The translations under genes were made by a program, and so were the position numbers. The notes beneath the pieces are model-generated. The model was not told where the DNA came from. It saw only the letters and a program-made list of their open reading frames with translations, and made no database searches. This document shows positions 1 through 6,141 of a stretch of 13,362 nt of DNA, piece after piece. Location: assembly GCA_964468895.1 (NCBI GenBank), contig CAYXWT010000012.1, positions 3,939 through 17,300 on the forward strand. Direction: 5' to 3'. The first letter of the stretch is position 1. Each line of letters begins with the position of its first letter. This DNA comes from an uncultured archaeon (lineage in GTDB: Archaea; Iainarchaeota; Iainarchaeia; Iainarchaeales; CSSED10-239).

Positions 1-120
1 GACATAATCAATATTGTTTACTATAGTTTGAGATTTGTAGGAGCTACTAAAATCTACTATAGTATATTCCCCCTTTAAGGGAAAAACATTTAAACCACTT
101 TTGGCCAATATTTTGGCCAC
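1..120 (-). CDS. Partial (N-terminal) hypothetical protein running off the left window edge; not present in the supplied ORF track
   Basis: The reverse complement of 1-120 reads GTG GCC AAA ATA TTG GCC AAA AGT..., giving (M)AKILAKSGLNVFPLKGEYTIVDFSSSYKSQTIVNNIDYV. That is 40 codons without a stop in DNA where out-of-frame stops are very frequent. GGAGG (complement of 123-127) lies just upstream, but only 2 nt from the GTG, which is short spacing. An in-frame TTG at 141-139 is an alternative start, and an in-frame TAA at 153-151 bounds the frame. The stretch is locally GC-richer than the flanking spacer. No family recognised. Confidence 0.35.
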   Translation of the reverse strand, partial: MAKILAKSGLNVFPLKGEYTIVDFSSSYKSQTIVNNIDYV

Positions 121-210
121 AACCTCCTTTTTATTGCCCAATTTATTTTTTTAAAACTATTTAATACAAATTGTTTTAATACCTTTGTTCTAATTTTATT
201 ATATCTATTA

Positions 211-218
211 TTTAAATA
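211..218 (+). promoter_or_regulatory. Candidate archaeal TATA box (TTTAAATA) for the peptidase/pilus operon, positioned for a leaderless or near-leaderless transcript
   Basis: TTTAAATA matches the archaeal TTTAWATA consensus and starts 24 nt upstream of the ATG at 235. A weak AGGT at 225-228 is an alternative SD. Such 8-mers occur by chance several times in DNA this AT-rich, so this is weak evidence. Confidence 0.3.
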
Positions 219-234
219 TAAATTAGGTAAAATC

Positions 235-975
235 ATGAATTTATTACTTTTTCCATTAATTATAATCTGTTTCATTTTTTTAATTTATTATGGTTATAAG
301 GATTTAAAATTTAGAGAGATAAATATATTACCCTTAATATTCTTTAGTTTGTTTTCTATTATTTATCAAGGTTTATTTATATTTAAAGATAATTTATTTC
401 TTTGGAAAATGTATGGTTTACAAATAGCAATTTCATTAATATTTGTTTTAATAATTTATTTTTTAGGAAGAATATCTACTTTTGCTTATATTGGAGAAGG
501 AGATTTGTATATAATTTTAATGATATCATTTAGTTGTGGTTTTGTAGTGTTATTTTCAGAAATTATTTTTTTAATAGCTTTAATTTTAATGTTATTTATA
601 CCTATATATCTATTTATTAAAAATCTAATTTTTAAAAATATACCTAAGTATTCTTTTTTTAAATCTATAATCATAATGTTTTTAGGCACACCTAAAGATA
701 TTACTAAAATTAATAGTTTTTATACACCTTTAGAAACTCTAAAATTAAAAGATAATAAAATAATTAGAAATATAGATATTACTCCTAATTTTGATTCTGA
801 AAAAGAATTAACAAATATTAAAATAATATCTCAATCTAAAAAAATTGGAAAAATATGGGTTTCACCATTGATTCCTTTTATTATACCAATTATTATTTCA
901 TACGTAATTACAATTATTCTTTTTTTAGGGAAATATTTTGTGGATTTTGGAATATTTATGATTCCTTATATATAA
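235..975 (+). CDS. Peptidase A24 family aspartyl prepilin/preflagellin peptidase (FlaK/PibD/EppA-like, no methyltransferase domain)
   Basis: 246-aa polytopic membrane protein. The first catalytic Asp context is 'YGYKD23LKFREI' (codon 301-303). The second is the GxGD motif 'AYIGEGD90LY' (codon 502-504). The Asp-Asp spacing of about 67 residues is typical of archaeal A24 enzymes. A C-terminal 'VSPLIPFIIP' segment resembles the conserved Pro-rich last TM. A polar insert of roughly 80 aa (nt 619-855) lies between TM blocks. Confidence 0.8.
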   Translation: MNLLLFPLIIICFIFLIYYGYKDLKFREINILPLIFFSLFSIIYQGLFIFKDNLFLWKMYGLQIAISLIFVLIIYFLGRISTFAYIGEGDLYIILMISFSCGFVVLFSEIIFLIALILMLFIPIYLFIKNLIFKNIPKYSFFKSIIIMFLGTPKDITKINSFYTPLETLKLKDNKIIRNIDITPNFDSEKELTNIKIISQSKKIGKIWVSPLIPFIIPIIISYVITIILFLGKYFVDFGIFMIPYI

Positions 976-1037
976 AAATACCTTTAAAAATATTATGTAC
1001 TTATTATTATTAAAATATATTTTACTTAATAAATATA

Positions 1038-3644
1038 TTGTTTGATTTTAAGAAGAATATGGTAGAACTTAAAAAAATACTTACAAAAATATCTGAAGAT
1101 AAGTCTAGAAGTGAGACTCTAAATAAAAATAAGTTTACTCTATCTAATAAAGTAGATCCTAAATTTAAAAATAAACTTAAAAAATTAGATATATTTAATG
1201 TAAGTGTAAATAAAAAACTTTTAGGTAACTATAAAATAACTGAAAATATCTCTAAAGTATTGAAACCTATTAATAAAAAAACTATTAAAAATGATGTTGA
1301 ACTAGTTGATAATAAGAACATAAATACACATGTTTTAAAAAAGCAAGATGTTTCAAATTCTAAAAATGTTGATATTAACCAAATTATATTTAATAAGACT
1401 TTAAAGAAGTCTACCGAAATTAAAAAAGATAAAGAAAAACAAGTTTATTTTGAATCTATAAGTTTTTTAGATGCTAAAGATAAAGAATCAGAAGATGTTG
1501 TAGATAAGTTATTAGATAAATTAAATAAAAAAACAAGTGAAATAAATGCTGACAAAAGCTTTATTGAAAGAATCTCATTTTTAGATTATGAACCTAAAAT
1601 TAAAAAAATGCATTTTAAAGATTCAAATATAGAGCATTTATATTCAAGGTTTGATGATATTGAAAAATCTTTAAAAAATAAAAATCAGCCGGTATCTAAA
1701 TCTTCTAAAAATAAACCTAAAGCTTTGTTTGTTGAAGATATAAATATTCCTGAAATTATATCTCTAAAAGATGATGTGAAAAATAAATCTGATTTAACAA
1801 GTAAATTTTCATCAAGAGATATAGATAATTTGAAATCTACAGATAAAGATTCTAATTTTACTAATACTAAAAAAGGCCTTGATTTAAATTCAACTATTAA
1901 AAAAAATATTGAAAGTATAGATCATAAAAAAAGACAGAAAAAAGATATTAAAAAATTAGTGGTAGAATTTAGAAATAAAGATTTAGATAAAAGTGCTTTG
2001 AAAAATATAATGCCAGAATCTAAAAATAATTCTGATTTATCTTTAAGTTTATCTAATAAAAATAATTTAGATAATACTAATTTACCAATAAGAAATTCAG
2101 TTAGTTCTAAAGAATCACAAGACTTTATGTTTCCTAAAGATTCATCATCATATGTTTCTTCAAATAAAATTAATAAAGATATTGTGCAAAATAGTTTATC
2201 TTCAAAAATGTTATCTTCTTCTTATGATATTAATTCCGCAAATGGAGAACAATTTTCAAAATTAATTTATTCTAAGTCTATTGATAGTAGTTTTAATATA
2301 GATAAAGTAAATGATAGATATAATATTGATGATTTTACTTATGTTGACATAAGTGTAAAGATAGATAAATTATTTTATGATATTGTTCAACCAAAGTTGG
2401 AACCAAAACAGAAAGAAGTGTTTAAAGATATAAAAAAATTATTTTTAGATTCAATAGACCAAAATTATTATTCCTTTAGAGGAGATAAACATAGTATTTC
2501 TAGATATATTAAAAAAGTTTATGAAGTTGTTCTTAATAAGTTATCTTATAATCTTAGTAAACTTGACAAAAAACTATATTTATTATATATTGAAAATGAT
2601 TTTTCAGGCCTTGGATTTTTGTCAAGTTTATTAAAAGATAGAAATATAATTGAAGTTAGTTGTAGGGGTGCTAACTTGCCTATAACTGTTTATCATGTTA
2701 AATATGGAGTTATAGATACAAATATTGATTTTGAATCTATTGCAAAATTAAATATATTTGTTTTGTCTTTAACTAAATTAATGGGTTTGCATGTAAATTC
2801 AAATGCACCTATAATTAATGGCTATCTTCCGAATGGATATAAGGTAGAAGGTTTATATTCTGTAGGAGATATTAGTAGTAAAGGTTCATCTTTTGTAATA
2901 AAAAAATATCTTGAAGAACCACTGACACCAATATCTTTAATAAATTTAGGTATAGGTATTGTAGATATATTTGCTTATCTTTGGTGGGCAATAAATAATA
3001 ATTATAATTTAGTTGTTAGTGGTATTGCTGATAAAAGTATGATAATAAACACTTTAGCATTATTATATCCTAATAAGCAAATAATAAGTATACAACCTCA
3101 AGATAATCTAAAGCTTCCACAAAAAAATTGGATTAAAAGAATAGTGTACAATAATTCTCAAGTTAATATTAAAACAATTTTAGATCAAAGTATTTCTGAA
3201 AAACCAGATTATTTAATTGTTGAAAACTTTACAAGTGATTTATTTGATACACAGTGGTATAATATTAATTTATTAGATATTAAAAATAATGTTTTGCCAG
3301 AATATATTAACAAAATAAAATTAATAGGTCAAAAAACAATATTAATTAAATTAGATAGATTAAAAACACAATCTAAAGAACAAATACAAATTAAAGAAAT
3401 ATTTGAATATAATCATAATTCTGAAAAGCAAATATTCAATTTAGAATCTAAATCTGAATTTAAAGTAGATTTATTATCTTCTGAAATTAGTATAGTAGAT
3501 TTAAATAAAAGAAAAGAGATTTTGAATTGGATGATTGATTCTAAAGTTATTAATTATAAAGATTTTAATAGTGTTGTTAATGATTATTATATTGATTCTA
3601 AGAAATTACTTACAAAATTAGGAATTATTGATAACAAAAGTTAA
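1038..3644 (+). CDS. FlaI/GspE-superfamily ATPase paralog with degenerate catalytic motifs (probable pseudo-ATPase) and a long low-complexity N-terminal extension
   Basis: 868 aa. The C-terminal half carries FlaI-type landmarks: 'YDIVQPKLEPKQKE', 'GFLSSLLKDRNIIEVSCRG', 'INGYLPNGYKVEG', 'GSSFVIKKY' and 'LPQKNWI'. The Walker A position reads 'VVSGIADKSMI' (3018-3038) instead of GxxGSGKTT. The Asp box reads 'ISIQPQDNL'. The Walker B region reads 'KPDYLIVENF' (3201-3230). No His box is visible, and no other GxxxxGK[ST] occurs in the protein. Residues 1 to about 430 are Lys/Asn/Ser-rich. The track start is TTG at 1038; an in-frame ATG at 1059 is an equally plausible start. Confidence 0.75.
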   Translation: MFDFKKNMVELKKILTKISEDKSRSETLNKNKFTLSNKVDPKFKNKLKKLDIFNVSVNKKLLGNYKITENISKVLKPINKKTIKNDVELVDNKNINTHVLKKQDVSNSKNVDINQIIFNKTLKKSTEIKKDKEKQVYFESISFLDAKDKESEDVVDKLLDKLNKKTSEINADKSFIERISFLDYEPKIKKMHFKDSNIEHLYSRFDDIEKSLKNKNQPVSKSSKNKPKALFVEDINIPEIISLKDDVKNKSDLTSKFSSRDIDNLKSTDKDSNFTNTKKGLDLNSTIKKNIESIDHKKRQKKDIKKLVVEFRNKDLDKSALKNIMPESKNNSDLSLSLSNKNNLDNTNLPIRNSVSSKESQDFMFPKDSSSYVSSNKINKDIVQNSLSSKMLSSSYDINSANGEQFSKLIYSKSIDSSFNIDKVNDRYNIDDFTYVDISVKIDKLFYDIVQPKLEPKQKEVFKDIKKLFLDSIDQNYYSFRGDKHSISRYIKKVYEVVLNKLSYNLSKLDKKLYLLYIENDFSGLGFLSSLLKDRNIIEVSCRGANLPITVYHVKYGVIDTNIDFESIAKLNIFVLSLTKLMGLHVNSNAPIINGYLPNGYKVEGLYSVGDISSKGSSFVIKKYLEEPLTPISLINLGIGIVDIFAYLWWAINNNYNLVVSGIADKSMIINTLALLYPNKQIISIQPQDNLKLPQKNWIKRIVYNNSQVNIKTILDQSISEKPDYLIVENFTSDLFDTQWYNINLLDIKNNVLPEYINKIKLIGQKTILIKLDRLKTQSKEQIQIKEIFEYNHNSEKQIFNLESKSEFKVDLLSSEISIVDLNKRKEILNWMIDSKVINYKDFNSVVNDYYIDSKKLLTKLGIIDNKS

Positions 3645-3674
3645 ATAAAAAAATATAAAAAAAGGTCAAATAAA

Positions 3675-4517
3675 ATGTTTGGAAAATTTATAACTAAAAT
3701 ATCAATTTTTTTATTTTCAGATATTAATAAGATTATTTCTCCCTATTTTAAAAATTTATCTAAAGTTCTGAATTATGCAAATATTGGTGAAGATCTAAAT
3801 TCTTATCTTTGTAATGCTTTGTTTATATCTTTTATTTTTGCAATTGTTTTAGAATTTTTAATGATATTTGTAATGTTAAAAATAAATATATTTTTTACAA
3901 TATTAAGTTTTTTAATAACTATATTTTTATCATTTACTTTTGCTGCAATAATTTTTTTTGTATTTTATAGATATCCTTTTTATTTAATAAATTCTAAAAA
4001 AACAGAAGTTGAATTTGAAATAAAGAATAGTCTAAAACATCTTTCAGCTCTTAGAGATAAAGATTTAACTGTTAGAGATATTTTGTTATTATTGCAAAAA
4101 CTAGAATTTAATTCAATTTTAACAATAGAATGTAAAAAAGTACTTTCAATGTCTAGTATTAATAAAAATTTAAGAGGTACTTTAGAATTTATTTGTAAAA
4201 ATACCTATTCAGAATTAGAATATGATTTTTTTAAAAAATTAATAGATGTTATTGATAATAAGAAAATACTTTCAGATGTTATCACAGAATTTTTAGAAAA
4301 TGTAGAACAAAGTATTAGATCTCAAAATGAACAAAGAAAAACTAAAATTAATTTGTTATTTCAAGTAAACATATTTTTGTTTTTTTTAATATTTATACTA
4401 GTATTTGGTGTGTTTTTAACATCTATATTTATACCTCAAATACACAGTATTTTATTAATGATTGCAATTATTTTTCCTATAATTGAAATAATATTAATTA
4501 TTGTATTAAATAAATAA
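3675..4517 (+). CDS. Single-domain T2SSF (TadB/TadC/FlaJ-half-like) type IV filament platform membrane protein, module 1 first half
   Basis: 280 aa. N-terminal TM helices are followed by a cytoplasmic helical segment of about 120 aa ('EFEIKNSLKHLSALRDKDLTVRDILLLLQ...LRGTLEFICKNTYSELEYDFFKKLIDVIDN...ITEFLENVEQSIRSQNEQRKTKINLL'). C-terminal TM helices complete the protein. This is the T2SSF fold pattern. It lies immediately (30 nt) downstream of an ATPase-family gene. Confidence 0.7.
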   Translation: MFGKFITKISIFLFSDINKIISPYFKNLSKVLNYANIGEDLNSYLCNALFISFIFAIVLEFLMIFVMLKINIFFTILSFLITIFLSFTFAAIIFFVFYRYPFYLINSKKTEVEFEIKNSLKHLSALRDKDLTVRDILLLLQKLEFNSILTIECKKVLSMSSINKNLRGTLEFICKNTYSELEYDFFKKLIDVIDNKKILSDVITEFLENVEQSIRSQNEQRKTKINLLFQVNIFLFFLIFILVFGVFLTSIFIPQIHSILLMIAIIFPIIEIILIIVLNK

Positions 4518-4527
4518 AGATATATTT

Positions 4528-5700
4528 ATGACTAAAATAGACACAACATCAAAAAATAAAATTAATAAGAAGTTTAAAATATTGTTCTTTAAATATGAGT
4601 ATACAATTTTAGATTTCGCAGGTGTTATCTGTGGTTTATTAATAATAGCAATTGCTAATAGATATTTTGTAGGTAGTAAAATATATTTTTTAGTTTTTGT
4701 TTTTGGATTATTAATTGGTTTATTTGGTTTTTTAATAGAATATTTTATAAAAAATGAAAAACGAAAAACTTTAGAAAAAGAATTGGCTTATTTTTTAAAA
4801 GATTTATCTAGAGATTATAAAAAAACCAAAAATCTATCTTTAGCTCTTGCAAATGTTGCTAAATCTAATTTTTATGGTAGTATTAATAGTGAAATAAAAA
4901 TCATTTCTTTAAGAGTATCTTGGGGTGAAGAATTTGAAGATGCTTTGAAGTCTGCAAATCAAAATATTCAAAGTAATGTTATAATTCATACTTTAAAACT
5001 ATTGTCTGCTATGAAATATTCTAAAATTCCTTATTATAGAGTTCTTGAAAATATATCTAAAGATTTGAATGTATTTAATATTGAAAAAAGCAATAAAAAA
5101 TATTTTTTAAGCTTGTTTAGGTTATCTGTTGTTTTTTATTTTATATTTATTTTTGTAATAATATATATAGATTTTATAATTGGTAAAAACTTTTTATGGT
5201 TTTCTGATAGTACTGAACTTACTAGAATATTTTTTGATAATTTTCTACTTTATATTTCATTATTATTATCTTTTTTTACTGCTTTTGTAATGTACACTAT
5301 TAATAATAAAAAGACTATTATCTTACTTAAATATGTAACCATTTTCTTTTTAATAACTATATTTATGTTTCAAATATTTATACCTAAACCTGATGCTAAT
5401 GAAGCTATTACTGATACTATAAATTATTTAGAAAATACAAATAATTTATATGATCAATCTTATTTACAAGAAAACATTTTTATTTCTAAAATAATTTCTA
5501 CAAAATCATTAAGTTCTGCACAAATTATTAATAATAGTTGTGCTAAAGAATTAAATTTCATTTCATTTCATAATTATAACTGTGGTTCTTCTTGTTATGA
5601 ATCTATAATTGTAATTGAAGAACCAACTTTTTTTGATTTTGAAATTCAGAATCTTGAAGATAATAAATTTATAATTTATTATCAAGAATATATAAACTAA
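4528..5700 (+). CDS. Single-domain T2SSF (TadB/TadC-like) platform protein, module 1 second half, with an extra C-terminal extracytoplasmic Cys-containing domain
   Basis: 390 aa. After the TM region comes a helical cytoplasmic segment ('LEKELAYFLKDLSRDY...WGEEFEDALKSANQNIQSNVIIHTLKLLSAMKY...VLENISKDLNVFNIEKSNKK'), then several TM helices. A polar tail of about 105 aa (nt 5383-5697) contains 'NNSCAKELNFISFHNYNCGSSCYES'. The start is 10 nt after the previous stop. Confidence 0.65.
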   Translation: MTKIDTTSKNKINKKFKILFFKYEYTILDFAGVICGLLIIAIANRYFVGSKIYFLVFVFGLLIGLFGFLIEYFIKNEKRKTLEKELAYFLKDLSRDYKKTKNLSLALANVAKSNFYGSINSEIKIISLRVSWGEEFEDALKSANQNIQSNVIIHTLKLLSAMKYSKIPYYRVLENISKDLNVFNIEKSNKKYFLSLFRLSVVFYFIFIFVIIYIDFIIGKNFLWFSDSTELTRIFFDNFLLYISLLLSFFTAFVMYTINNKKTIILLKYVTIFFLITIFMFQIFIPKPDANEAITDTINYLENTNNLYDQSYLQENIFISKIISTKSLSSAQIINNSCAKELNFISFHNYNCGSSCYESIIVIEEPTFFDFEIQNLEDNKFIIYYQEYIN

Positions 5701-5712
5701 TAATTTGGATTT

Positions 5713-6075
5713 GTGATTGTTTTGCTTAAAAATATAACTAAGAATAAAATTATGTCTAAAAATACAAAATTTGCAGATAATTTTTTTAAACGTGCAAAAG
5801 GATTAATGTTTAGTTCTAGAAATAATTTTAATTATTCTTTAATTTTTGATTTAGAAAGAAATACAGTACTTGGAGCTTCTATTCATATGTTTTTTGTGTT
5901 TTTTCCTATAAATTTAATCTTTGTAGATGAAAATAAAAAAATTGTAGAAATTAAAAGGAACTTAAAACCATTTCAAATTTATAATCCTAAACATTATTGT
6001 AGATATATAATTGAATTTCCTATTGAATTTGATATTAAAAGTACAACTGTTTCTGATTTATTATCTTGGAATTAA
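5713..6075 (+). CDS. DUF192 (COG1430-like) family protein
   Basis: 'FADNFFKRAKGLMF...SIHMFFVFFPINLIFVDENKKIVEIKRNLKPFQIYNP...CRYIIEFP' matches the DUF192 pattern (GLM motif, hydrophobic-MxxxxxPhD/N-hhF-hD, P-[WF] loop, final hhE-h-P). The track start is GTG at 5713; the in-frame ATG at 5752 (MSKNTKF...) is the more likely true start. Confidence 0.65.
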   Translation: MIVLLKNITKNKIMSKNTKFADNFFKRAKGLMFSSRNNFNYSLIFDLERNTVLGASIHMFFVFFPINLIFVDENKKIVEIKRNLKPFQIYNPKHYCRYIIEFPIEFDIKSTTVSDLLSWN

Positions 6076-6107
6076 TTTTAAAATCTACAAAAATATTAAT
6101 CTAAAGC

Positions 6108-6115
6108 TTTATATT
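6108..6115 (+). promoter_or_regulatory. Possible internal TATA-like element (TTTATATT) ahead of module 2
   Basis: It lies in the 66-nt spacer between DUF192 and the Fe-S ATPase gene and starts 34 nt upstream of the ATG at 6142, giving a near-leaderless geometry. It could easily be a chance AT-rich match. Confidence 0.2.
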
Positions 6116-6141
6116 CTAATTAATTTTAATTATCTCTATAT

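Noticed and set aside
99-119. Direct repeat TTTTGGCCA x2 (12-nt register) containing the palindrome TGGCCA, which looked like an operator or binding site
   Set aside because: It is explained by coding. On the minus strand it encodes the repeated 'AK-IL-AK' at the N-terminus of the partial CDS.
90-275. 61-aa minus-strand ORF from the track (MKQIIINGKSNKF…)
   Set aside because: It overlaps the start of the well-supported peptidase gene and crosses the putative promoter. It has a low-complexity K/N/I composition and no RBS. A different minus-strand frame (1-120/141) with a GGAGG is the better candidate in this region.
486-689. 67-aa minus-strand ORF inside the peptidase gene
   Set aside because: It lies entirely antisense to a CDS with clear catalytic motifs. 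Its I/K/N-rich composition is typical of chance antisense ORFs in AT-rich DNA.
1890-1910. Homopolymeric A/T tracts (for example A8 in the pseudo-ATPase gene, A9 at about 10986-10994) as phase-variation switches
   Set aside because: Such tracts are ubiquitous at this base composition. There is no evidence of length heterogeneity or of frames that would be restored by slippage.
4515-4530. The split platform genes (also 8686-8724) as frameshifted or pseudogenised FlaJ-type genes
   Set aside because: Both modules show the same split. Each half has its own ATG and its own N-terminal TM helices with a complete single T2SSF-like unit. The halves are separated by clean stops and short spacers, as in TadB/TadC.
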